A stretch of DNA of 64,000 nt from positions 1 to 64,000 of the forward strand of contig JBHLMQ010000009.1 of assembly GCA_048938005.1 (NCBI GenBank). The letters are read 5' to 3'. Below are positions 48,730 through 58,312 of the stretch, one piece after another (the first letter of the stretch is position 1; every line of letters begins with the position of its first letter). The position numbers were made by a program, and so were the translations under genes. The stretch comes from Promethearchaeota archaeon. GTDB lineage: Archaea > Asgardarchaeota > Lokiarchaeia > Sigyniarchaeales > SOKP01. Below the pieces are notes generated by a model. The model saw only the letters and a program-made list of their open reading frames with translations. It was not told the DNA's origin and did not search any database.

Positions 48730-49890
48730 ATGAATCTAGATACATTTAAGGCACTATTAAATTTCTCTCATCGATACCAATTATACAATAAAATATTAAA
48801 TGAATTAGAAAAAGTTGAAAAATTAGATTTTACATTTTATCAGACTTATGAGACATCTGAAGGAATTATCCCTCTTATAAAAATCGCAGATAAAACTAAT
48901 CTTGAGGAAATTAAGCATGTTAAAGTCTTCATTGGAGCTCAGCATAACGAATATAATGGACTTTTTAGTATGTTAAGATTTTTTAGGTTATTAAGAGAAG
49001 AGCGAATTAAAATTAATGAGGTTATCAAAACTAATCAAGTGCTCTTTTTCTTACCTATATTAAATCCTTTTGGGTTCCTTAATCCTAATAAAAATAATAA
49101 ATCTGGATATTATTTAAAAAATGGTACAAATCTTAATAGATTCTGGCGCAGAGCATTCGCTCCTGAATATAAAAACGGAAAGGAGGATTTAAATAATCTT
49201 CCAACACCTGAACAAGTCTTAATTGTGAAAGATCTGCTTCAAGAATATTGGGATAACGAGGAAACTTATATATATATATTAGATTTCCATGAAACCTCTT
49301 TACTGGAAAGATTTCCGATTGAATTAAGTACAAATCTAAATCCTTTTTATAAATTTGATCATTGGCTAAAAGAAGGGATGATATTAAACATTATAAAACT
49401 TTATGGGATTCCTTATTATCGTAAACCACTCTTTTTCAAATGTACTCCTTCTGCCGATCACACTCATCTAAATTTGACTCACAAACAGTTTGAGACGGTT
49501 TATGAAAAACTCCATGATTATATGACAAAAAACCAAGGAAAAGGAAAATTACCCTTTTATTTTTGCTACAGCAACAAGAGTAGAGATTACTGCCTGAAAC
49601 TTGCTAATAAAGTTTATAATAAATTGAAAGAGAAATTATGGGAAACTTATTTTCCTGCTTTTGATCATTATTTCCATGATCATGGTTGTTTTGTAAGAAT
49701 GAGTGATGCAACACCACGCCCTAGAGTATATTCTATGGAGTTAGAGTCCCAAAAACATTTCTTTAATATATTTGAAGAAATTAAAAAATCAAAATCAGAT
49801 CCTAATTATTTCAAAAATAAACTTAGTCTTATTGATTTAAGTATAGAATTAGCACTGGAGACTATTAAAGAAATGATAGAATTATTTTAA
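48730..49890 (+). CDS. M14/AstE-like zinc carboxypeptidase/deacylase
   Basis: GAQHNE (HxxE), PILNPFG, NLNR, LDFHE, SMELE; ATG 1 nt after the upstream stop. Confidence 0.82.
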   Translation: MNLDTFKALLNFSHRYQLYNKILNELEKVEKLDFTFYQTYETSEGIIPLIKIADKTNLEEIKHVKVFIGAQHNEYNGLFSMLRFFRLLREERIKINEVIKTNQVLFFLPILNPFGFLNPNKNNKSGYYLKNGTNLNRFWRRAFAPEYKNGKEDLNNLPTPEQVLIVKDLLQEYWDNEETYIYILDFHETSLLERFPIELSTNLNPFYKFDHWLKEGMILNIIKLYGIPYYRKPLFFKCTPSADHTHLNLTHKQFETVYEKLHDYMTKNQGKGKLPFYFCYSNKSRDYCLKLANKVYNKLKEKLWETYFPAFDHYFHDHGCFVRMSDATPRPRVYSMELESQKHFFNIFEEIKKSKSDPNYFKNKLSLIDLSIELALETIKEMIELF

Positions 49891-49926
49891 CTGTTACCAA
49901 ATAGGAAAATTGAACATGATATAAAA

Positions 49927-50925
49927 CTATGAACTTATGAAATTTAGGGTTGCTCCTACTAAAACACATTCGTTTTTTTTCTGTGAGTGACCCCCTTTTT
50001 TCAATATTAATACGTTCTTCTTTGGAGACTCTAAAATTAGTCTATTTTCTATTAAATTTTTGAATTTTATTATCCTGTCGTTTTTACAATGAATTAACAT
50101 AACTTTTTTAGAAAAATCTTCCCATTCTTCTGGAGTTAGTTCATTTTTAGCATTTTTTATTAAAAAATAAGGAGATAATCGATTATTTTCTTCTATAGTT
50201 GGAAATAATTTTACCCTTTTAAATAAATAACTCATAATAACAACAGGATTGTATTTTGGAATATTTTGCTTGTAATGAGACATAGAAGAAATTGCAATAA
50301 TTTTTTCAATCTCTTTATTTAAAAAACCTCCAGATAAAACTGTAATGGCACCGATACTAAAACCAATGCAATAAATTTTCTTATTTGAATACTCTTCTTG
50401 ATTTTTTACCCATTCAATTATTTTTTTAAAATCTTCAATCCTTTTTAAAAAATCGCTTCTCTTTCCAGTTTTTTTAGATTTTCCCGTACCTCTTGCATCA
50501 TAAGCTAAAATAATATAGCCTTGATAAGCGAGTGGAAAATATAAATATTGAAGTTTCTCTTTTGTATCGGAAAAGCCATGACATATTATAATTATTGCAT
50601 TCTTTGTATTAATTTTAGCTTGCTCCCTACATTTTACTAGATTCACTGATAAAAATCCATCAGAAACATTAATTTTTACATTTAAAACGTGTAGTTCCTT
50701 GAGAAAGAGTCTTCTCCAACGATCAAACCATAGATCTCTAAACGACCAATAAATTTCAAAAGGAGTATATATAATTAAAAATGTGGTTGTTGATAAGATA
50801 AAACATCTTGAAAAAGCAGTTGTATAACATGGATTTCCTAACCAAATATTTACTTCCCAAATATACCAGCTGAATAAAATATCAATAAATATTAATATTA
50901 TGCGTTTTAGAGTATTTGAAATCAA
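49927..50925 (-). CDS. Membrane-anchored alpha/beta hydrolase
   Basis: Two N-terminal TMs; CHGF, YDARGTG.S, GFSIGA, HCKND, GGH. Confidence 0.88.
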   Translation of the reverse strand: MISNTLKRIILIFIDILFSWYIWEVNIWLGNPCYTTAFSRCFILSTTTFLIIYTPFEIYWSFRDLWFDRWRRLFLKELHVLNVKINVSDGFLSVNLVKCREQAKINTKNAIIIICHGFSDTKEKLQYLYFPLAYQGYIILAYDARGTGKSKKTGKRSDFLKRIEDFKKIIEWVKNQEEYSNKKIYCIGFSIGAITVLSGGFLNKEIEKIIAISSMSHYKQNIPKYNPVVIMSYLFKRVKLFPTIEENNRLSPYFLIKNAKNELTPEEWEDFSKKVMLIHCKNDRIIKFKNLIENRLILESPKKNVLILKKGGHSQKKNECVLVGATLNFISS

Positions 50926-50996
50926 ACTTTCTCACAAGAAGAATGTAATCAATAGTGATTTAGGCGTTTAATTATTAAAAAGATAAAGAATAAATT

Positions 50997-51323
50997 TTAT
51001 GGCTTATTTGGTTTTGGACACCCATAATCATGCGCAACTTTACAATCTGGTTTGCTTTTTAAACCTGGACAGGGTTTACATTTCACATCTCGCAGCAGTT
51101 TGACAACATCATCAACTTCCATCCCGAATTCTTCATCTTCTGTTTCATCTACTAACATATCATCTTTTATTTTACTAAGATCATAATCTACATCTTCTTC
51201 TAAGTCATCTTTCCAATCAGATAGATCCAATATCTCATCTCCATCTTCGTCTATTTTTCCACTTGGAACGTCATATTCCTCTTTATCAATTGGGACACTC
51301 TTTTTTTTAGCCATATCTCTCAC
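50997..51323 (-). CDS. Acidic small protein with C-terminal Cys cluster
   Basis: D/E-rich central region; CKPC..C..HDYGC. Confidence 0.75.
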   Translation of the reverse strand: MRDMAKKKSVPIDKEEYDVPSGKIDEDGDEILDLSDWKDDLEEDVDYDLSKIKDDMLVDETEDEEFGMEVDDVVKLLRDVKCKPCPGLKSKPDCKVAHDYGCPKPNKP

Positions 51324-51432
51324 TCACAATTTTAATTAAGTTTTACTTATTAATGTTTTAAATATATAATCTTTGCTAAAATTTAATTTTAATTCGATTT
51401 TATTTATTGACTAACTAAATGAGAATTTGCCT

Positions 51433-53529
51433 CTAGAGAAATTGATTTTTTGTTATGTGATCCATTTGACCTAATAAAGAAGTATTATTAGATAATCTAT
51501 TATAGAGTTTGTTTATTTCGACTAAAATTACTTCTAATTCATTCTGCTGATATATCTCGTAATTTTCTAAATTAAATCGAGGAGTTAAAAATTTAACTTG
51601 AATATTTAGCATTTCTATTTTCAAATCTAAAAATTCTCTTAAAATATCATAATTTAAATTAGATTTTATATAAAAATCGTCCAGGTATAATAAGTTCACT
51701 AAAGAATTACTCAATCTATTGAAAAAATTAAGGTTTTTTATAATAATAGTGTAGAATTTATCTTTAATTTGTTGTAATTTAAGACTTTTTGTAATTTCAG
51801 GGTTAAATGAATTAAGATCGTATTTTAATTGGGAAAGCAGTTGTAAAATTTGCCCTAATTGGGATAAAACGATAGGTAATTTTTTTGGTATTGGCAGTCT
51901 CTTTATAAAACTACCATTAAATCTTAAAAAACCACCAGCCATATGTAATGTACTAAATAGTGTCTTAAACACTGAATCCAATAATTTAGAATTTAGAATT
52001 GTTAAAAGGCTGAAATATTGATCAGTATTGAACGATGGTATTTTTATAAAATAAAGACCTGTTATATTGGTAAATACACCTGGATCATAATAACATGAAA
52101 GATCTTTTGCTATTTCCCTGAATATTATTTTTTCGGTATTGATATCGCTCCAAATATCCTCAAAGTTAGGATGATAATTAAAATATGAAATCCTAACGTC
52201 TTTTCCCGCAATTTTTATTCTTTTATTAAATTTAATATGATATTTTTCTATATTACCTGTTCCAATTAATAACAAATCATTATCAGATTGGCGTTCATCA
52301 CTGATATTATCAAAATGTTTATGATAATTTAAAAAACCAAAAGGTCGATATAGAATTTTTAAATCTTTAAAGGTTTCAGTAAAGGTATTAAAGTTTCTAA
52401 ATAAATATGTAATTATTTCAATATTTCCTGAGGTTGGAATTACTTTGGAGGGAAATTTATTTATTAAATCTTGATGGAATTTTAAAGTTTTAACTCCATT
52501 ATTTTCGAGTAAATCGTTCAGCTTTTTGAAAATTTTGATAATTACCTCTTGTCCCTTGTCTTGCTTAGCTTTCTTTAGAAATAAAATAATAGGATATGTA
52601 GCAGCGTTTTGAAATATAGGTAATGAAGAAATATTTATGATTTCTTTAATTTCTGATTTATTTAAAATTAATTGTCTAACTTTAATACCATAATCTGCAG
52701 ATAAAAATTTGTTTGGTAAAATAAATGAGAGATGTCCATCAATTTCTAATAATTCTAAAGATCTCTCAATAAAAAGTATTGAAAGATCGAATAATCGATA
52801 AGCTGTTTTATATCTCTTATGTAATTTTTCTTTAAATTTTATATCCTTAATCTTTTTATTTTCCACATAAGGAGGATTTCCAATTATCATATCGAATTTG
52901 TCGGAATTAAAATCTAAAAGAAAATCTATGTTGAATATATTGAATTTTAAATCTAAGTTTCCAATGATTTGGTCAAAATCTGTGAGTTTTAAACTCTTTA
53001 AATTAACATTTTGAACTATGAAGTTATTTAAGTTAGTAGATATAAGCCATTTAATTAATCTCAGCTTTGAGATAATAATAGCTGAATTTTCAATTTCAAT
53101 TCCATAAAGATTATTTTGAATAATTGCTTTTTTAATATCTAAATCAGATAGTTTTGGATCTAATATTCGATAAAAGCGGTATAATTTCTCAGCTAAAGAT
53201 ATTAAAAATCTCCCAGAACCACATGCAGGATCTAATATTCTGATATTTTTAATTATTTTAGTTAACAGTTCTTTAATTTTCTGATTTATAATTAATGAGG
53301 TAAATAATTCCTCTAAATCAGAATCGCCTTGAACTAAATTATGCGAATTAATAAATTTTTCAAAGTAAATTCTGAAACTATTAGATACAATATAATCTAC
53401 AACTTTTTTTGGTGTATAAATTATCCCGAGATTACGATTATCATCTTTTTCTAATAACTTTTCATTTTCAAATCCATCAATAGTTTTCTCGATACAAGTT
53501 AAAAACTCTTGACTTAACGATTTTTTCAT
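51433..53529 (-). CDS. N6-adenine DNA methyltransferase (Eco57I/TaqI gamma class), apparently orphan
   Basis: YTP, LDPACGSG, GIEI, IIGNPPY, FILPNKF; TaqI_C-like C-terminal half. Confidence 0.9.
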   Translation of the reverse strand: MKKSLSQEFLTCIEKTIDGFENEKLLEKDDNRNLGIIYTPKKVVDYIVSNSFRIYFEKFINSHNLVQGDSDLEELFTSLIINQKIKELLTKIIKNIRILDPACGSGRFLISLAEKLYRFYRILDPKLSDLDIKKAIIQNNLYGIEIENSAIIISKLRLIKWLISTNLNNFIVQNVNLKSLKLTDFDQIIGNLDLKFNIFNIDFLLDFNSDKFDMIIGNPPYVENKKIKDIKFKEKLHKRYKTAYRLFDLSILFIERSLELLEIDGHLSFILPNKFLSADYGIKVRQLILNKSEIKEIINISSLPIFQNAATYPIILFLKKAKQDKGQEVIIKIFKKLNDLLENNGVKTLKFHQDLINKFPSKVIPTSGNIEIITYLFRNFNTFTETFKDLKILYRPFGFLNYHKHFDNISDERQSDNDLLLIGTGNIEKYHIKFNKRIKIAGKDVRISYFNYHPNFEDIWSDINTEKIIFREIAKDLSCYYDPGVFTNITGLYFIKIPSFNTDQYFSLLTILNSKLLDSVFKTLFSTLHMAGGFLRFNGSFIKRLPIPKKLPIVLSQLGQILQLLSQLKYDLNSFNPEITKSLKLQQIKDKFYTIIIKNLNFFNRLSNSLVNLLYLDDFYIKSNLNYDILREFLDLKIEMLNIQVKFLTPRFNLENYEIYQQNELEVILVEINKLYNRLSNNTSLLGQMDHITKNQFL

Positions 53530-53639
53530 TGAAATTGAGCTATTTATAGTAAATTTCTTTATTTATAAAAATATTAGAAACTATAATAAAAATAATAGAA
53601 TAATTATAAAAAAATTAGAACCTTACATTTAGATCGATA

Positions 53640-54545
53640 TTGAATCCGATTAATAATTCTCTTTTAAATGATCTAATAAATAAGCCACAAATAATAGCTA
53701 AATTAAATTTTGAGGGTATATCTAAAATTTTAGAGAGAGTTATAGATATTTTAAAAGAGGAGAATTTATTTTTAGAATTCAATGTAAATGAACAAACCGA
53801 AGAAGTTTATATAATAGGAGATATCCACGGAAATTTAGAGACTTTATTGAAACTAATCGACATTATAAATAAGAATAACCCGAGCTTAGTTATTTTTTTA
53901 GGAGATATTGTAGATCGGGGACCAAAACAATTGGAATGTTTATTGATAGTTCTGGCTCTAAAAATTCTTTTCCCTTTAAAATATTACATTTTAAGAGGAA
54001 ATCATGAAACCTTAGAAATGAATCAATATTATGGCTTTTTTCAGGATTTTATTTTAAGATTCAAGGATCAAAGTAAATTCAACAAAATCCTAAGCATTTA
54101 TAACGTACTCCCTCTATGTGCTTCAATTAATAAAACAATTTTATGTTTACATGGAGGGATTCCGCAAGATATTGACATTTTGAAGAAATTAAAGGGAAAA
54201 AAAAGTAAGGATCTTAGTATGATATTTCAATCCATCTCACAAAGTATTTATCAAATTATGTGGAATGATCCTAAATCGGGATTGAAAGGTTTTTCAGACA
54301 GTTTTAGAGGCCCAGGAATTAAATTTTTTGGAAACGATGTTTTTGGGAGATTTATGGAAGCAAATAGTCTTAAATATTTAATAAGAGCACATGAATGTTT
54401 TCCTGAAGGATATAGGTGGTTCTTTAATAAAAAACTACTTTCAATTTTTTCATCTGCCAATTATAGAGGATATTTCTCCCCAAATCCGGCATCGTATGTT
54501 ATTATTAAAAATAATGAAGTTATACCAAAACTTATAAAAATTTAG
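53640..54545 (+). CDS. PPP-family Ser/Thr protein phosphatase
   Basis: GDIHG, GDIVDRG, RGNHE, HGG, WNDP, RGPG, RAHE, FSSANY. Confidence 0.95.
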   Translation: MNPINNSLLNDLINKPQIIAKLNFEGISKILERVIDILKEENLFLEFNVNEQTEEVYIIGDIHGNLETLLKLIDIINKNNPSLVIFLGDIVDRGPKQLECLLIVLALKILFPLKYYILRGNHETLEMNQYYGFFQDFILRFKDQSKFNKILSIYNVLPLCASINKTILCLHGGIPQDIDILKKLKGKKSKDLSMIFQSISQSIYQIMWNDPKSGLKGFSDSFRGPGIKFFGNDVFGRFMEANSLKYLIRAHECFPEGYRWFFNKKLLSIFSSANYRGYFSPNPASYVIIKNNEVIPKLIKI

Positions 54546-54611
54546 AATTTCAACAAGGTATCGATTTTTTAATTTAAGGAATTCTGATTTTAATTTTAAA
54601 AACTTCTGAAC

Positions 54612-54875
54612 TCATGTAATTTGAGAAGCATCTGGTTTGATAAACAGAAGATTATTTCCCCGAATGAAAATTTCGTTATATTTAGCTACAGGGGTGCCTT
54701 CTAAAAGTTCGGTAGCATCCTCTAATATCATGTTCATGTAAGCATCTATTTCCTTTAACAGTCCTTTATATTCAGTTCCATCTTTTAATCTAAGCAAAAT
54801 TACGCTGTTTTGCGCAGCTTGCAGGATAGATAAAGGATTCTTAGACCTCTGCTGACTGTTATTTCTATCAGACAT
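54612..54875 (-). CDS. Sm-like archaeal protein (Lsm/SmAP)
   Basis: LKDGTEYKGLL..IDAYMNMIL, IFIRGNNLLFI. Confidence 0.95.
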   Translation of the reverse strand: MSDRNNSQQRSKNPLSILQAAQNSVILLRLKDGTEYKGLLKEIDAYMNMILEDATELLEGTPVAKYNEIFIRGNNLLFIKPDASQIT

Positions 54876-54990
54876 TTAAATACCTTTATAAAATAAATTT
54901 TAATATCATTTAATGAAAAGATAATTTAAAGATAGATTTTTTTGAATTAAAACCTTTTTAATTCGATATTAAAAACAATACGAATAAGTT

Positions 54991-55602
54991 TTGGTTTTAT
55001 TCTTGGAAGAACGCTTTAATAATTCAAATAAAAAGAAAAGAATAATTAATGAATACAATTCATCAGCCCATTTTTATGATAGAAGATATGAGCAGATTCA
55101 ATTAGAGAAATACAATTTAATTTTGAATAACCTTTATTTAAATGGAAAAGTAATTCTAGATATTGGTTGTGGTACAGGATTATTTTTTGAATATATTTTC
55201 AATTTAAAAAAAGAAGAAGATAAAGTTAAATATAAATACGTAGCAATCGATATCTCCTGGAATATGTTGTTAGAATTTCAATCAAAAAAATTAAATTACA
55301 AACCAAAAAATAATATAGAGTTAATATTAGGTGATATAGAAAATCTACCTTTTAGAAAGAATGTATTTCATTCAATTTTTTCACTTACTTCTTTTCAGAA
55401 TTTACCAAATATCAATAGAGGGATAGAAGAGTCTTATAGAGTTTGTATTAATTATGGGGATTTTAAATTTTCAATTCTACGGAAGAATTTGAATCTAGAT
55501 GCATTATTGAATTTGTTAAAGCCATTATCTAGGGAGATCAAAACAATAGATAAAGACATTTTAGAAGATATTATAATTCTAGGGAAATTTTTCAAAAAAT
55601 AA
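54991..55602 (+). CDS. Class I SAM-dependent methyltransferase
   Basis: ILDIGCGTG, AIDIS, GDIENLPF. Confidence 0.9.
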   Translation: MVLFLEERFNNSNKKKRIINEYNSSAHFYDRRYEQIQLEKYNLILNNLYLNGKVILDIGCGTGLFFEYIFNLKKEEDKVKYKYVAIDISWNMLLEFQSKKLNYKPKNNIELILGDIENLPFRKNVFHSIFSLTSFQNLPNINRGIEESYRVCINYGDFKFSILRKNLNLDALLNLLKPLSREIKTIDKDILEDIIILGKFFKK

Positions 55603-55613
55603 TTTAAAATATT

Positions 55614-56492
55614 TTATTTTTTATAAAAAGAACTTATAATTTCAGCTGCATTGCTTTCAATTCCAAATTTCTTTCGAAAATAATTACAGATATTTGTAAT
55701 ATCTCTTTCTAAAAGTGAATTAGCATTTGGATGATCAATTGGGACCCATTGCAGCCAATCAATTATTAAAATGTTTCCCTTTTCATCTAAAACAATATTA
55801 AATTCCCCTAAATCTCCGTGTATCATACTCGCTTCTTGATAGATTATTTTCAGTTGTTTAATAATTCTATTAAAAATTTTCATGGGCTTTTTAATACTTT
55901 TATAATAAACCAATTCTTTCCCTCTCAGGTATGACATTATAATGATGTGTCTGTTGTATCCTATGGGATTTGGAGTGTTTAAATTGAGTTTATATATTTT
56001 CTCAAGAGCTTCATATTCCTTTCTAGCAGCAAGTCTATTTACATAAAGCCAAGAAAGATGCCCTCTTTCTCCTATAAGATCTCGAAATTTTTTTATATTC
56101 TTAAAGCTAGTTCTCCCCATTCGGTAGAATTTAGCAGCGTGAATGTTTCCTTCATCATCCATGCAGCTATATACGTCTGATTCTTTCCCTTTTCCTATTA
56201 GAGGTCCTAATTGACTGATTATGTTTTTTTCAACTAGAGTATGAAGTGCAAGAAGATCATAAGCTTTAGAATTAAGGGTGTATGCAATTTCATATTTAGA
56301 TGCGTCTCTAATTATTAAATCAAGTTTGTGAACTTTTTTTAGCCGAAAAAGAGTTTCTTCCATCTTATATCTTGAATAAAACTTAATATTACTCACTGTG
56401 ACATATTCTGATCTCTTCATACCAATTTCAATTGCCATAAGTATCCTAAGATCTTCCTTATCCAATCTAGTGAGTAAGTTTGCTACTTCCAC
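55614..56492 (-). CDS. rio2: RIO2 Ser/Thr kinase
   Basis: N-terminal wHTH; GKGKESDVY, KFYRMGRTSF, HGDLGEFNI, IDWLQ. Confidence 0.93.
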   Translation of the reverse strand: MEVANLLTRLDKEDLRILMAIEIGMKRSEYVTVSNIKFYSRYKMEETLFRLKKVHKLDLIIRDASKYEIAYTLNSKAYDLLALHTLVEKNIISQLGPLIGKGKESDVYSCMDDEGNIHAAKFYRMGRTSFKNIKKFRDLIGERGHLSWLYVNRLAARKEYEALEKIYKLNLNTPNPIGYNRHIIIMSYLRGKELVYYKSIKKPMKIFNRIIKQLKIIYQEASMIHGDLGEFNIVLDEKGNILIIDWLQWVPIDHPNANSLLERDITNICNYFRKKFGIESNAAEIISSFYKK

Positions 56493-56503
56493 ATTTTTTT
56501 CAG

Positions 56504-57286
56504 CTAAAAAAGGAATTTTCTATAGGTTTTGAAAAATGATATTAGTTTATATATATTTGGTATTTCAAAAATCAGAATTGCAGCTAAAATTAAAACCAAG
56601 AAGATGAATATATCTTTCTGTAATATCAAATAGTTAGTTAAAGTCCAACCTTCTTGAAATAAAAATAAAAAAGTACCTTGGTTTAAATATAATAATATTC
56701 CTATTGAGATAATTAATCCATTTAGGGAAAATATTATAACTTGATGTTCATTCTCAATTATTCCAATTATTATATTTATGGAAAATAAAATTAATGTAAT
56801 TATAGTGAATATTTTGGAATTCTTAATCCAGGTATCGTACATTATATTATTTATTTGATAGTTTCCATTAGATACCGACCAAGCTAAAGATGTGCTTAAA
56901 TTTAAAAATGATAAAATTGGTAAAATTACAGTAGCAATTATAGAAATACTGTAAATCCTTATAGTTGTAAATCTACTGAATTTTAAGACTTTATTATTTC
57001 CCAATTTTATGGATTCTAATAAAGATTCAAGTTTATTTTGAATCTCTATTGGGAAATTTTCTTTAGCCATGAAAAACTGGATGTTTAACTCAGGAAAGCT
57101 AGAAATTAGCTCTTTTACTTGGCTATAACCTTTCCTGAATTTTGCTTTTTTACTTTTCGGACCACTCCAAAGATAAATGATTTCTTTTTCTTCATCCAAA
57201 ATTGCACAAATGTCATGTGATAATAGACGATGCTCTTCTTCGATCCAATGAGATTTAGACTCATCAAATATGAAAATTCTTAGCAT
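56504..57286 (-). CDS. Gelsolin-like N-terminal domain fused to a 4-TM membrane domain
   Basis: LLSHDICAILDEEKEIIYLWSGPKS resembles the gelsolin repeat L.S.D.FILD....IY.W.G..S; four hydrophobic helices follow. Confidence 0.65.
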   Translation of the reverse strand: MLRIFIFDESKSHWIEEEHRLLSHDICAILDEEKEIIYLWSGPKSKKAKFRKGYSQVKELISSFPELNIQFFMAKENFPIEIQNKLESLLESIKLGNNKVLKFSRFTTIRIYSISIIATVILPILSFLNLSTSLAWSVSNGNYQINNIMYDTWIKNSKIFTIITLILFSINIIIGIIENEHQVIIFSLNGLIISIGILLYLNQGTFLFLFQEGWTLTNYLILQKDIFIFLVLILAAILIFEIPNIYKLISFFKTYRKFLF

Positions 57287-57403
57287 TTAATATCTACTTA
57301 TCTTAACTAAAATTAGCTTTTATTTTTTTCTATAACTCAATAGGGAATAACTAAATAATAATTTATTAAGTCGTTTTATGGAAAAACAATTTTAGATGTA
57401 GAT

Positions 57404-58306
57404 TTAATCTTGACTTTTTATTCTTCTTTTTATTTCTGCCCACATATCATCAATATAGGATTTATACACTTCAATTTCTTGTTGGGTCATTTGACTAAAT
57501 CTTTTTTGAGCTTTAAGATATTCTTCAATAGGTTTACGCTTTGAGGGGTCCAAATATCTACTACTAGGTTTCGATAATTTTAATATTCCATTTTCAACTT
57601 CATATAAAATCCAGAAGCCAGTTTGTACAGCTAAGCGACCAATTAATATCGTATCTTTAGGTTCATATCCCCATCCCGGCGGACAAGGAGATAATATGTG
57701 AAAGTATTTCGATCCATGAATAGTTCTTGCTTTTTTAAATTTATCGTACAAATCTAAAGGATAAGAGGCAATAGCTGTCGCGACATAAGGAATTCCATGA
57801 GCCTCTAAAATTTTTGGCATATTTTTTTTATGACCTAGTTTACCTTCAGGAGTCGTTGTTGTTTTAACTCCTAATGGTGTTGAACCACTGCGTTGAACGC
57901 CTGTATTCATATATGCCTCATTGTCATAGCAAGCATAGATAAAATTCGTTCCTCTTTCAGCAGCTCCACTTAAGGCTTGAATTCCTATATCTGTCGTACC
58001 ACCATCTCCTGCAAAGGCAAGAACAGTAATTTCATTCTCTAAACCTTTATCTTCTAATGATGCCAGAATACCAGATGCGGAGGCGCCTGTTGTCGCAAAA
58101 GGTGTATGGTAAACACTTATTTTTGTCGAGCAAAATCCCTGCATACCATGTAAAACTGTTAAACAAGATGCTGGCACTGTTATTAATGTTTTAGCTCCTA
58201 AAGCTTTTAAAGCAATTCTATAAATCAATGCCATACCACATCCCGCACACGCACGAGTGCCTGGATAAATAAATTCCTCTTCAGGAAGATCCATAACATT
58301 TACCAT
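57404..58306 (-). CDS. porB: Pyruvate/2-ketoisovalerate:ferredoxin oxidoreductase beta subunit
   Basis: ACAGCG, GDGGTTDIG, DNEAYMNTGVQRS, SPCPPGW. Confidence 0.92.
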   Translation of the reverse strand: MVNVMDLPEEEFIYPGTRACAGCGMALIYRIALKALGAKTLITVPASCLTVLHGMQGFCSTKISVYHTPFATTGASASGILASLEDKGLENEITVLAFAGDGGTTDIGIQALSGAAERGTNFIYACYDNEAYMNTGVQRSGSTPLGVKTTTTPEGKLGHKKNMPKILEAHGIPYVATAIASYPLDLYDKFKKARTIHGSKYFHILSPCPPGWGYEPKDTILIGRLAVQTGFWILYEVENGILKLSKPSSRYLDPSKRKPIEEYLKAQKRFSQMTQQEIEVYKSYIDDMWAEIKRRIKSQD

Positions 58307-58312
58307 TATTTC

